From assembly GCF_001194135.2 (NCBI RefSeq), contig NC_069008.1, positions 13,240,980 to 13,304,979 of the forward strand: a DNA stretch of 64,000 nucleotides. The letters run 5' to 3'. The notes under the pieces are model-generated. The model saw only the letters and a program-made list of their open reading frames with translations, was not told where the DNA came from and did not search any database. Position numbers and translations under genes: made by a program. Positions 46,601-58,940 of the stretch are shown here, in pieces. This stretch comes from Octopus bimaculoides. Its lineage: Eukaryota. Every line of letters starts with the position of its first letter. Position 1 is the first letter of the stretch.

Positions 46601-47764
46601 TCCATACACAAATAACTATTCACACACACAACTCATTCTGCTACTTAACATGAGGAACCTACACAACTAACAACCTAAACTTTAGCCACTGGACTCAACA
46701 CAAACAACTCTTGCCCACTCTCCCACTAGACACATTAAATTTGGAATGCCTTGATTGTAACTAAACATATTCATTCTGCCATGTCGGACTTACCTTTAGG
46801 CACAAAATATACTAACACGGACATAGTGGGGGAACATACAAAAGGTTATAAACTTAAACATGCGTTCATTCTCTACAAACACATGACAGAAAACATTCAG
46901 AGCATTGATTGTTTGGACATGTTCAGTCAATTCTGTCAGCCTTAATTTATGATGCCAAATATCATCCCTAACACATGGATATAGTGGGGAACTTACAAAA
47001 ATTTCTAAGACCAGTCATATGACTATCCTCTACCAATCAAACCCTATTTCAAACATATACTAATTTGAGCCATGAGCTCCCTATAAAAATAGGTCAAGCT
47101 TCAAACACTAGTCAGAAGCAAGACAGCAGCGACTTAAGCCACGTTTTTCTATTTGTAATCTTTGAAAATCAGTGTAAACTGTAGAACCAGATAAATCTTT
47201 AAATATATCAATAAAAAATATTTTAACTATTTTCAGTGCATTTTCAACTTCTATTTTTCCTATATTTCTACCACTGTAGAGTAAAATAACATTATTTTAT
47301 ATATATATATATATATNNNNNNNNNNNNNNNNNNNNNNNNNNNNNNNNNNNNNNNNNNNNNNNNNNNNNNNNNNNNNNNNNNNNNNNNNNNNNNNNNNNN
47401 NNNNNNNNNNNNNNNNNNNNNNNNNNNNNNNNNNNNNNNNNNNNNNNNNNNNNNNNNNNNNNNNACAGGTACAACTGAAACAGGAAGAAAGAGTGAGAGA
47501 AAGCTGTGGCGAAAGAGCACACCAGCACAAGTTTCATTCTTCTGATACCCAGTGTTTCTAACATCCAACCTGTTCATTTGTACATGCTGACATGATACAT
47601 TCTCTACCACACATGTGCACCTCATAAATTTCCATCTGCAACACATTCTACACTATCAGAATGCATATCTCATTATGTAAGTTGTAACTATTTATGTGTG
47701 TATGTGTGCATGTCTCTGTCCTTCTGTATGGTTAACAAACTCTAACTGTCATTTGTATTTTCAG

Positions 47765-47850
47765 AGGCAGTTTCAGACAGCATTAATGATATGAATGTTC
47801 GGTTTAAAGACATCAAGCTCAAACAGCCATTCATTACCCAATTACAATGA
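47765..47850 (+). CDS. SPATA4: SPATA4-like terminal exon 6
   Basis: gtattttcag|AG AVSDSINDMNVRFKDIKLKQPFITQLQ*; phase 1 fits exon 5; AATAAA at 47944 and 47948. Confidence 0.72.
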
Positions 47851-48079
47851 ACTAATTAAGCAAATTCCAAGAATTGCTTTCTCCAGTAGATTGTGGGTAA
47901 TTAGAGAAGCATATGGATCTAAATACATGTACGCACCCACAGGAATAAATAAAGAATTTTTATTTAAATGCTTTCTTTCTTAATTTCCATTTTTAAAAAT
48001 TTAATACTATTGAATTTAAATAATTCTTCTTTGGTAAAATTTCAAAAAAATTTGAATTTTTCCCAAAGAGATATATATA

Positions 48080-49577
48080 TCAGGTCATCCCATAAGTTCT
48101 TTCTGAATTTTGAATAATGAAAACAAGTGATCAAATGTTATATTTAATTGAAATTTAATCATCAATGTACTTTTCCTGATTATCTATGACTTCCTTCCAT
48201 CTATTTAAAAGCTTTTTAATCCCATCAATGTAAAACTCTTTTGGTTTCAAAGCGAAGAACTCTGAAATGTCAGTTTTGACCTCCTCCTGGTTTGCGAAAG
48301 TTATGTCCACCAAATGATTCTGTAAACTATGAAACAANNNNNNNNNNNNNNNNNNNNNNNNNNNNNNNNNNNNNNNNNNNNNNNNNNNNNNNNNNNNNNN
48401 NNNNNNNNNNNNNNNNNNNNNNNNNNNNNNNNNNNNNNNNNNNNNNNNNNNNNNNNNNNNNNNNNNNNNNNNNNNNNNNNNNNNNNNNNNNNNNNNNNNN
48501 NNNNNNNNNNNNNNNNNNNNNNNNNNNNNNNNNNNNNNNNNNNNNNNNNNNNNNNNNNNNNNNNNNNNNNNNNNNNNNNNNNNNNNNNNNNNNNNNNNNN
48601 NNNNNNNNNNNNNNNNNNNNNNNNNNNNNNNNNNNNNNNNNNNNNNNNNNNNNNNNNNNNNNNNNNNNNNNNNNNNNNNNNNNNNNNNNNNNNNNNNNNN
48701 NNNNNNNNNNNNNNNNNNNNNNNNNNNNNNNNNNNNNNNNNNNNNNNNNNNNNNNNNNNNNNNNNNNNNNNNNNNNNNNNNNNNNNNNNNNNNNNNNNNN
48801 NNNNNNNNNNNNNNNNNNNNNNNNNNNNNNNNNNNNNNNNNNNNNNNNNNNNNNNNNNNNNNNNNNNNNNNNNNNNNNNNNNNNNNNNNNNNNNNNNNNN
48901 NNNNNNNNNNNNNNNNNNNNNNNNNNAGTCTATTGAAAAAGGGTGGAATGAGTGTGCAAGAATGGAGAGAAGAGCAGATGTCAACTCGGGATTTGCATTT
49001 GGTTTCAGACAATTCATGAGGCACCCATTTTCTAAGTTTAGGAACCTTTCCAAGTTATTGATGATGATGATGAACAGTTGTATGGTTTGAACTAAGCTTT
49101 ATTGCCAGTTCTTCAACTGATAATGCAGGATTTTCTTCAAGTAATGCCTCAAGGAGCTTATCATCAAACTCAACTGGACGTCTTGTTCGATCTTCATCTT
49201 CAAAGCTGAAATCTCCACTTCTNNNNNNNNNNNNNNNNNNNNNNNATTTTGCAAACCATCTTCTGCAAGTTCTTTCATTCAAGCATTCTTTCCCATAAAC
49301 TGAGTGTATGTTTCGAGTTGCTTCGGCTGCAGAGTTTCCTTTTTTGTACTCATAAAGCATTATGTGCCTTAAATGTTCTTTGAACACTTCCATGTTCGAA
49401 AGGGTTTTAATCAAAGAAATTTTAATTCTATTATTCTGGAAAATAATATTTAATTAGTTTAAATGTACAAAAATGCATAAAAATAATTTTAAATTCCACT
49501 AGACATTCTAAAATACTATTAAATTTCATTCAATTTTAAAAAAGGTAAAATCGGACAGAACTTATGGGATAACCTGA
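48080..49577 (-). mobile_element. Mariner transposon (degenerate transposase, partly in gaps)
   Basis: TIRs tcaggt(c/t)atcccataagttct flanked by TA; HIMLYEYKKGNSAAEATRNI, WVPHEL, LFHSLQNHL...RWKEVIDNQEKY. Confidence 0.92.
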
Positions 49578-50884
49578 TACTTTATGGTGTGTATCTTAAC
49601 GTTTACTGTACGTATATTAATAAGCTTTTATATGTTTTTATTCTTATTTATTGTGCAGTAACATGATTTTATGTACTTTTAATGGTTTTCTAGTGATTTT
49701 ATGATTGCAATATTTGTGTCGGACAGATGTAAAGTTGAGTAAAATGACTTAACTTGATTTTTATTTTTTCACATATCATTTTTGAAAACCGACGTATAAT
49801 CGAGAAACGACTTAAGCTGAGGTATGCCTGTGTATGTAAGTATACTGTAAAGTGTTAAAATGTATGTATAATCTCTTAATATAATAATGAGCGTTGTCTT
49901 TCTATATATTTGTGTGTGTATGTGTGTGTGTGTGTGTATGTATATATATATATATATATATATAAATTTAATGAATGGAATAAAACGCATATTTTAACTG
50001 CATACTTTTATTCCGACATGTTTCGAAGAATTACAATTTACATGATCCATAGGAATCGTCGATGTTAAAAATGTAAACTACCCTGGTATCTATTAACCAA
50101 TTTATTTTGTCCGAGTTATTTATTAATTAGGAGAAAATAAATACATATAATAAAATATATATATATATGTATGTATTTATGTATATATATATTTGTGTGT
50201 GTGTGTATATATATATATATATACTCTTTTACTTGTTTCAGTCATTTGACTGTGGCCATGCTGGAGCACTGCCTTTAGTTGAGCAAATCGACCCCGGGAG
50301 TTATTCTTTGNNNNNNNNNNATGAGAAAGGAAGGCGAGATAAATGAATAATGAAGGAAGAGTGAAAAAGCTGATAAATGGTGTTTGAAGTGTGAGTATAC
50401 GTGTGTGTAAAAGAGAGGTAATATTTGCATGCATGTGTGTGTGTGTACAATGGAAATTGGATGGTAATGTTCAACGCTAAAAATGTGTGTGTGCGTGTGT
50501 GTACAAGGGAACTATGTGAAAATTTACATATACATGTAAAGGAAATATGAAAAATAATCCAGAAACCTTGTCCGGTACTGGATCAACCCCCAAGTCTAAT
50601 CAATTCGTTCCAGTCACGAGGCCAAACATCCCTGAAAGTTTCATCTGAATCCATCCAGCAGTTCTTGAGATATCTTGTTCACGGACAAATAAACAAACAA
50701 ACACGACTAAAAACAATACCTCTGCCTTCGCTAAGGTGGAGGTAATAGTCTATTAGGCCTGGAGTTTGAGGGGATGGGAATAGTTGATCACATTGACTGG
50801 TGCTTAATTTATCGACCCTGAAAAGATGAAAGGCAAAGTCAACCTCGATAGAATTTGAACTCGGAACATAGCGACAGGCAAAAT

Positions 50885-51128
50885 ACTTATTTACATTTGA
50901 CGGATATTTGTCCTCATCTTGTTTGTTGTTAACACAACGTTTCGGCTGATATACCCTCCAGCCTTCGTCAGGTGTCTTGGGGAAATTTCGAACCTGGGTT
51001 CTCATTCCTAACGATGTTACTATTATTATATTATTATTACTATTATTAATCAGGTCGCTGCCGTGAATCGAACTTGGAATCTTGGGGTTAGTAGCCTGCG
51101 CTCTTAACCACTACGCCATATGCCCGTG
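50885..51128 (-). mobile_element. Complete H1 unit: tRNA-like head, (TAA)n, hammerhead body
   Basis: A box 51108-51118 and B box 51064-51073 on the minus strand, then HHR 50931-50976. Confidence 0.85.
50931..50976 (-). ncRNA. Minimal type-I hammerhead ribozyme, best-conserved H1 copy
   Basis: GACAC CUGACGA A GGCUG-GAGGGUAUAU-CAGCC GAA ACGU U/ GUGUU; stem I 5 bp, stem II 5 bp, palindromic stem III. Confidence 0.8.
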
Positions 51129-51420
51129 GCATAAATGTTGTGTTAACAACAAACAAGATGAGGACAAATATCCGTCAAATGTAAATAATGTAAATAATTC
51201 CTCATCTCTTAAATATAGAAAGGCAAAATACTGCTAAGCATTTCATCCGGCATGCTAATGGTTCTACCAGTTCACCATCTTAATAGTAATAATTATTTCT
51301 ACTCTGGGCTCGAAGCCTTGAAAATTTTTGGGGAAGGGGGCTAGTCGATTACATTGACCCCAGTGTGTAACTGGTACTTATTTCATCAATCCTGAAAGGA
51401 TGAAAGGCAAAGTCAACCTC

Positions 51421-51686
51421 GGGCATATGGCGTAGTGGTTAAGAGCACAGGCTACTAATCCCAAGATTCCAAGTTTGATTCCAGGCAGTAGCCTGAATAA
51501 TAATAATAATAACAACATCAAAAAATACCTTAGGAACAAGGACCCAGGTGTGAAATTTCCCCAAGACACCTGATGAAGGCTGGAGGGTATATCAGCTGAA
51601 ACGTTGTGTTAACAACAAACAAGATGAGGACAAATATCCATCAATTGTAAATAATGTACATAATTCCTCATCTCTTGAATATCGAA

Positions 51687-51729
<43 letters not shown>

Positions 51730-51960
51730 GTAATGATAATAATATCGAAAAATACCTTAGGAATGAGAGCCCATGTTTGAAATTTTCCCAAGACACCTGA
51801 AGAAGGCTGGAGGGTACATCAGCCGAAACATTGTGTTAACAGCAAACAAGATGAGGACAAATATCCATCAAATGTAAATAATGTATATAATTCCTCATCT
51901 CTTGAATATCGAACTGAATAAGAATAATAATATCGAAAATTACCTTTGGAATGAGAACCC
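51421..51960 (+). mobile_element. H1 head followed by 2.2 tandem hammerhead bodies separated by (TAA)n
   Basis: A box 51428-51438, B box 51473-51482; HHRs at 51565-51610 and 51792-51837. Confidence 0.85.
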
Positions 51961-52089
51961 AGCATGGTCACAGCCTAATGGTTGAAACAAATAAACAATA
52001 CATTTGGCTTTTGCTAGATTAGAATTGTTTTATTAAATTACAAAATACACCCCCAAACATCTTTTACACTCTGTATTTGCATATGTTAA

Positions 52090-52352
52090 CCCTTTAGCAT
52101 CTGGCCCAGATATTTTACCTGCTGTATGTGGTGCTATTAAGTTAGGCATGGCCCGGGCCTATACTGGCCAAAAGCTATCAAAGTTATGTTCAAACCAATC
52201 AAATCTGGCTTCTCACACCAACTCCACAATGTCATTCTAAAAATATACAGCCACATCATTGAAAGCTCAAAGCTACGAGACAATGCATGATTAATTCAAA
52301 ACAATGAATAAATAAGCATTACATTTGATAGAATAACCTGAATGCTAAACAG
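52090..52352. mobile_element. piggyBac-derived MITE
   Basis: TTAA|ccctttagcat ... atgctaaacag|TTAA. Confidence 0.75.
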
Positions 52353-52620
52353 TTAAATAACACATCTTATGAATGAGAATAATTTTATCCATAAACTTCA
52401 CAACAATCAGGTTTTTAACAGTTTTTCAATCATTAGAAAGATAATGTTTTTGTAATAAACTTTAATGACAAATAACAGACAAATAAGAAGGGTTTTTTAA
52501 AATTCTCTATTTATTCTTTTTTTTTTTTTTATCTAGGATGTATTTGTGAATTAGAAGACTAGAACTCAAAAGAATGATTTTTCAGTAATAATTTTTTACT
52601 CCAGTTCTGATCAGGTGTGA

Positions 52621-53018
52621 GGAGGTGCAATGGCCCAGTGGTTAGGGCAGCAGACTCGCGGTCATAGGATCGCATCGCAATTTCGATTCCCAGACCGGGT
52701 GTTGTGAGTGTTTATTGAGCGAAAACACTTTAAGCTCCACGAGGCTCCGGCAGGGGATGGTGGCAAGCCCTGCTGTACTCTTTCACCACAACTTTCTCTC
52801 ACTCTTACTTCCTGTTTCTGTTGTGCCTGTAATTCAAAGGGTCAGCCTTGTCACACTGTGTCACGCTGAATATCCCCGAGAACTACGTTAAGGGTACACG
52901 TGTCTGTGGAGTGCTCAGCCACGTGCACGTTAATTTCACGAGCAGGCTGTTCCATTGATCGGATCAACTGGAACCCTCGACGTCGTAAGTGACGGAGTGC
53001 CAACAACAACAACAACAA
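52621..53018 (+). mobile_element. SINE family A, full length
   Basis: tRNA-like head with A and B boxes; (CAA)n tail. Confidence 0.92.
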
Positions 53019-53260
53019 CGATCAGGTGTGGCTGATAACCATAGCCTTAAGTTCACACAGAACCTCCCACAGTTCACATTGATACACAGCATTTGATGGC
53101 ATAAAAGACACGCAGGCATTTTAGATGCATACCAATGTCAGCTACACATTCCGGGAAAATGTTTTTAGTGCATTAAAACTTATGGGAAGTCCAACTTCAC
53201 ATATAGGTCCCAGGGTGATACTTTTACACCTTTTTTTTTTTTTTATAAAAGTGCATCTTA

Positions 53261-53465
53261 TATGAGAGGGTGCTGAAAAGTTCCTGGCTTTAAGAGATTA
53301 TCATGAAAGGCCTGACTGGAGGCTCAACCTTCCGATTTCTTTTACAAGGCTCAGAAAAACTAAAGGACCACTGCAATAAGTGTGTGAATTTGAGAGGGGA
53401 ATATGTTGAATAAAATCATAGTTAACTGATCCTTTCTGTATTTTCTTTTACAGCATCCCCTTGTA
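53261..53465 (+). mobile_element. Mariner-derived MITE
   Basis: Ends tatgagagggtgctg / cagcatccccttgta; internal EKLKDHCNKCVNLRGEYVE* is a transposase C-terminus. Confidence 0.65.
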
Positions 53466-53795
53466 TACTATTAAATACAGTTTTTTTTGTCTTTTGTTTG
53501 TGTTCACAAATAAGGATTTCAGTTGTGGAAGGGTTTCTTTTAATGAAGGCCACAACCATAAAAAAAAAAAAGCTTAAGGTGTCAGAGTGCAGTATCAAGA
53601 CTGTGGTGCACAAGGACATTTGATGATAGTCATATGTATTGAGGAGAGGCCATCTGATGATTGCAACGAGTACATTTGTAGACAAGAGAATTATTTCAGG
53701 CATATTTCAACATGGGGAAAACATTCTCCAATGTACAGTTATTGGTAGATCAATAGGTTTAGATCTGTAAGACAATTTCTGGTGTTTTACAGATA

Positions 53796-54273
53796 GGTGA
53801 AGGTGCATGGCTCAGTGCGTCAGATTCACAATCATGAGGTAGTGAGTTCAATTCTCGGTCTGGGCTGTGTGTTGTGTTCTTGAGCAAGACACTTTATTTC
53901 ACGTTGCTCCAGTTCACTCAGCTGTAGAAATGAGTTGCGACGTCACTGGTGCCAAGCTGTATCAACCTCTGCCCATAACCTTGGATAACATCAGTGGCAT
54001 GGAGAGAAGAGTCTGGTATGCATGGGCGACTGCTGGTCTTCCATAAACAACATTGCCTGGACTTGTACCTCAGAAGGGAACTTTGTAGGTGCAATCCCAT
54101 GGTCAGTCATGACTGAAAGGGGTCTTAATCCATTACTCTATGTACATGGAGAAGGGAGGCTGGTATGCATGGGTGACTGCTGGTCTTCCATAAACAACCT
54201 TGCTCGGACTTGTGCCTGGGAGGGGAACTTTCTAGGTGCAATCCCATGGTCAGTCATGACCGAAGGGGTTCTT
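53796..54273 (+). mobile_element. tRNA-derived SINE family F with duplicated tail; 13-bp TSD
   Basis: TSD ttttacag(a/t)tagg at 53785-53797 and 54274-54286; 54011-54130 is repeated at 54150-54273. Confidence 0.85.
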
Positions 54274-55351
54274 TTTTACAGTTAGGCTTCCCTCGATTGT
54301 GTATTTGCTTGTGCTTTTTTAAGTGGCCATTAGTGATAAACGATTTCGCACAAATTTCACAGTGAAAAGGTTTTTCTCCTGTGTGGCTACACCTGTGAAC
54401 TATAAGATGAGACTTGCTAACAAAGGATTTTCCACAAATTTCACAATAATACGGTTTTTCTCCGGTGTGACAACGTTTGTGGATGACGAGATTAGAGTTC
54501 TGAGTAAAAGACTTGTCACACGTCTCACAGTGATATGGCTTTTCTCCCGTGTGTATTCTTGTGTGTGTTTTTAAGAGACTGTGAGTGATAAAAGATTTGT
54601 CACATATCTCACAGTGATAAGGTTTTTCGCCAGTGTGGCTACGTACGTGGATAACAAGGTTAGAATTATCAGAGAACGATTTGCCACATATTTTACAATG
54701 AAATACATTTCCTCCAATGTGTATTCGTTTGTGTCTGTTTAAATTACTGTTATTGACGAAACACTTGCCACATATCTCACAATGATACGGTTTTTCCCCA
54801 GTGTGTATAATCTTGTGGTTCATTAAATAACTATTATCGCCAAATGATTTCCCACATATTTCACAGTGAAATGGTCTTTCTCCAGTATGTATTCTTTTGT
54901 GAACAGCGAGATTAGAATTATCGGAGAAAGATTTCCCACATATTTGACATTTATACGGTTTTTCGCCAGTGTGACTTCGTTTATGGACAGTAAGGTGGGA
55001 ATTACTAATGAACGATTTCCCACATATTTCGCAATGAAAAGGCTTTTCTCCAGTGTGGATTCTTCTGTGACTCGTTAATTGACTGTTAAAGACAAAATAT
55101 TTCCCACATACTTCACAGTGAAACTGTTTTTGTCTATTGTGTATTTCTTTATGGGTGAAAACTTCATTTTCCGAGCAGAATATTTTCCCACAAACCTCAC
55201 AGCGATATTCAGAAATATTTCCGTCTAGTGATGTTTGTTTAATTAATGCTCCGCCACGTAAAGGTTTCTCATCTCTCTCTGTCTGTGTAACACAATCTGT
55301 GTCGTTAAAAAAGGTTGTGTCACAAGTATCTAAGTCATTAACGTCTTCCAT
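54254..55351 (-). CDS. C2H2 zinc-finger protein E: acidic N-terminus and 11 fingers
   Basis: Intact 365-aa ORF with CEICGKSF-type fingers; putative 98-nt 5'UTR intron 55393-55490 (gtaagt...cacag on the minus strand). Confidence 0.92.
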   Translation of the reverse strand: MEDVNDLDTCDTTFFNDTDCVTQTERDEKPLRGGALIKQTSLDGNISEYRCEVCGKIFCSENEVFTHKEIHNRQKQFHCEVCGKYFVFNSQLTSHRRIHTGEKPFHCEICGKSFISNSHLTVHKRSHTGEKPYKCQICGKSFSDNSNLAVHKRIHTGERPFHCEICGKSFGDNSYLMNHKIIHTGEKPYHCEICGKCFVNNSNLNRHKRIHIGGNVFHCKICGKSFSDNSNLVIHVRSHTGEKPYHCEICDKSFITHSLLKTHTRIHTGEKPYHCETCDKSFTQNSNLVIHKRCHTGEKPYYCEICGKSFVSKSHLIVHRCSHTGEKPFHCEICAKSFITNGHLKKHKQIHNRGKPNCKKEPLRS

Positions 55352-56939
55352 GTTAATTAACGATCGATGAATAATTAAAATCTGAGCAACGTCTGTGAGT
55401 ATAATGTTCTACGATTCAATATCTTGCCTTGCATATCATAGAACTCTTGTTTACATTTGTAGAAAACATGTAGATATATTTCTTACTTACCACAAGAACG
55501 TTTGTTGTTAATTAGATCCTCTCCCAGTTACACGTATATTTTAGTGTAGAAAAACCGAATTCTATTTTTATGCTAACAAATACTAATATGTTGGCGAAAT
55601 AAATGCGTAAATAGATCGACAGGGAGCCCAATAAATGATGTATGTGTGTATATTTGTTGATTAAAATCCATTTCCTTGTCCCGTAAAATAGTGAACAGCT
55701 AATTAACGATGTAACGTACTTTGTGATAACACGAAATATTCCATCAAGGTGATAGAATATTGACCCTGAACCATGTAGGTTACTGTATATATATATATAT
55801 TATCTACAATCATTCACGTTCACAACTTGAGATAATTAAAATACAGAATAGAATTAAATTATTTGAACTTAAACTAATTAATAAGAAACGTAATAGTTGA
55901 TAATTATCTCCTCTCTGGATGATACCGGTGACAGAATTTAAAAGTCCCTAATATAATCTAATACACCCAAAGATACTTTGTTATATCGATGAGCCTATTG
56001 CGTTGTATACGACTCATAGCAAATTAGAAAGAAAATCACTCTGTAAAATAACGATTATGTCGCCATTTATGTATCATGCTTAATGTAAATATATCGTGAT
56101 AGGCAAAATTTAATGCGGTATTTGTGCAGAGACAGTATTTTCTATGGTGAATGTTCAGTCCCGCTGCATGGCACCTGGGACAAGTGTCTTCTACTATAGC
56201 ATCGGGCAGACCAAAGCCTTGCAAATAGATTTAGTTGACGGAAACTGAAAGAAGCCCCTCATATATATATATATATATATAATCCAAGAGAGTTAGGGGT
56301 TGAATATCCAATCCACTAAGGGATAATATCTATCCAATATACTGCTGGGAGGGTACCTAATTACTGTTACACTGGTGTTATACCAAGTGCAATAAGTGGG
56401 TGCGGGTAAAAGGGGGTTATTTTACCCTAAATTTATATAGCAGTAAGAAAATGGAGGGGAATATGAGGTACTCATCAACTTGCAGACCCTGTATTCTGTT
56501 GATTAATCTGTTTATTTTATAACCAAAATGACAAAAAGGACAATATACAGACACTTATGACATACCATGTCATATCAGCAATTAAGATTTCAAATTTAAA
56601 GGATATCTAGCAATTGGCCAATTGTGATTTTCAATCTCATGAAGGCGAGCGTGCTGATTAGATCTTTTCTGAGCCTGTATAGTATATGCCCGCTTGATCT
56701 CCTCTGTAAAGGCCAAAGAGGACGGAGGGGAAATTTTCCGAAGGGTATCGAGGATATACGACTCGATGAGGTCGCATTCCTATTGTTTATATTTCAGGAG
56801 GTTCCTGCTAGCCTTCTGGAGCCCACAAGATGGCCAAGTCGATAGCCAATAGTGAAGGGAGATAATTCCCAACTGCTACCTTTGAGTAGTGAAACATTTG
56901 CCCCTCCATATTTTTAAGAGGTCATGGGCCAACAGGTTT

Positions 56940-57002
56940 TGGGATCTGACGATACGCCATAAAGCTAAAACCCTTTATGGACGGAAACCTAAGGTAATCC
57001 CA
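56940..57002 (+). ncRNA. Type-I hammerhead ribozyme H4 with canonical core
   Basis: UGGGAU CUGACGA UA CG-CCAUAAAG cuaaaacc CUUUAUGG-A-CG GAA ACC uaa GGU A/ AUCCCA. Confidence 0.7.
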
Positions 57003-58149
57003 TNNNNNNNNNNNNNNNNNNNNNNNNNNNNNNNNNNNNNNNNNNNNNNNNNNNNNNNNNNNNNNNNNNNNNNNNNNNNNNNNNNNNNNNNNNNNNNNNN
57101 NNNNNNNNNNNNNNNNNNNNNNNNNNNNNNNNNNNNNNNNNNNNNNNNNNNNNNNNNNNNNNNNNNNNNNNNNNNNNNNNNNNNNNNNNNNNNNNNNNNN
57201 NNNNNNNNNNNNNNNNNNNNNNNNNNNNNNNNNNNNNNNNNNNNNNNNNNNNNNNNNNNNNNNNNNNNNNNNNNNNNNNNNNNNNNNNNNNNNNNNNNNN
57301 NNNNNNNNNNNNNNNNNNNNNNNNNNNNNNNNNNNNNNNNNNNNNNNNNNNNNNNNNNNNNNNNNNNNNNNNNNNNNNNNNNNNNNNNNNNNNNNNNNNN
57401 NNNNNNNNNNNNNNNNNNNNNNNNNNNNNNNNNNNNNNNNNNNNNNNNNNNNNNNNNNNNNNNNNNNNNNNNNNNNNNNNNNNNNNNNNNNNNNNNNNNN
57501 NNNNNNNNNNNNNNNNNNNNNNNNNNNNNNNNNNNNNNNNNNNNNNNNNNNNNNNNNNNNNNNNNNNNNNNNNNNNNNNNNNNNNNNNNNNNNNNNNNNN
57601 NNNNNNNNNNNNNNNNNNNNNNNNNNNNNNNNNNNNNNNNNNNNNNNNNNNNNNNNNNNNNNNNNNNNNNNNNNNNNNNNNNNNNNNNNNNNNNNNNNNN
57701 NNNNNNNNNNNNNNNNNNNNNNNNNNNNNNNNNNNNNNNNNNNNNNNNNNNNNNNNNNNNNNNNNNNNNNNNNNNNNNNNNNNNNNNNNNNNNNNNNNNN
57801 NNNNNNNNNNNNNNNNNNNNNNNNNNNNNNNNNNNNNNNNNNNNNNNNNNNNNNNNNNNNNNNNNNNNNNNNNNNNNNNNNNNNNNNNNNNNNNNNNNNN
57901 NNNNNNNNNNNNNNNNNNNNNNNNNNNNNNNNNNNNNNNNNNNNNNNNNNNNNNNNNNNNNNNNNNNNNNNNNNNNNNNNNNNNNNATATGGGAGGATGT
58001 ACGAAAAAAACAACAACAGACGAGGACAGGTGGTGTAAACAACAAGGATGTATTAGTATGACGCTCGGGAATACGGAAAGTCTTTAACGGTTCGAGCTAC
58101 GCTCTTCAACAGAAAGAATACGGAGACAAGGAGAATATTTAAAAAAATT

Positions 58150-58940
58150 TAGGACTAAACATTACTATAGGTAAAGATTATCGTAGAGTGAATTTTCTTG
58201 ATACAACCTTCTGTCTTGATTCTGGATTACTTGAACCATTTCATAAACCGAATGATCATATTAATTACATTAATGTAGCATCTAACCATCCACCCTCGAT
58301 TATACGGGGACCAGTTAAGAATATTTCTACAAGAATCACTAGATTATCCGCTAATAATAAAATTTTCGTATCCCATACAGCTTATTATAATACTGCTCTA
58401 GCTAGGGCTGGGTACCGTGAAAAAATTCAATATATACAAGAAGCAGGCATACACAACACTAGTAATTCCTCCAACTGCACATTGTATACCTCTACAACGT
58501 TACGGTTTGAGAACTCACTCAGATAAAGAATACAGGCCAGAAAGAATTGGTCACATCAATGACCTACCAACGAAAACTCATTGACACACGTGACATAATA
58601 ATTCAATTGCTTGATCCAATCCTGTACAACACACTCGATCAAATAAGCCTAACAACAGATATAGGAATCAGGATGTCCTCTGGTTCAACCCAATTTTCGG
58701 TTTGCATGTTTAAACCAGGATCGCTGGAAAATTTTTTGCTGCTTTGGACAAGTGTTTTCCTAAATCCAATCTGTATCATGCTAATTTTAATCGACATACC
58801 ATGAAGATATCCTACGCCGACTCTGCTAATTTAGATCGGCTTATGCATCGCATAAACAATAGCAAAATGCAGCAAAGGTTCAATAACCCACCTACTGGAT
58901 CTAGTGAACAACCAGGGAGATGTAAACCGCAATGATAAAC
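58150..58940 (+). mobile_element. Penelope-like element RT C-terminus and linker, degenerate
   Basis: VNFLDTTF...KPNDHINYINVASNHPPSII...TALARAGY; WFNP...DKCFPKSNLYHANFNRHTMKISY. Confidence 0.85.

Noticed and set aside
50010-50056. Possible decayed hammerhead on the minus strand (GAAACAUGUC with AUUC/GAAU stem)
   Set aside because: The core reads CUAUGGA rather than CUGANGA; too degenerate to call
51421-51495. tRNA gene
   Set aside because: A and B boxes are present but there is no acceptor-stem pairing; it is a retroposon head. The same applies to SINE A, C, D and F heads
54254-55351. KRAB, BTB, SCAN or ZAD effector domain on any ZNF
   Set aside because: None recognisable; N-termini are short or simply acidic
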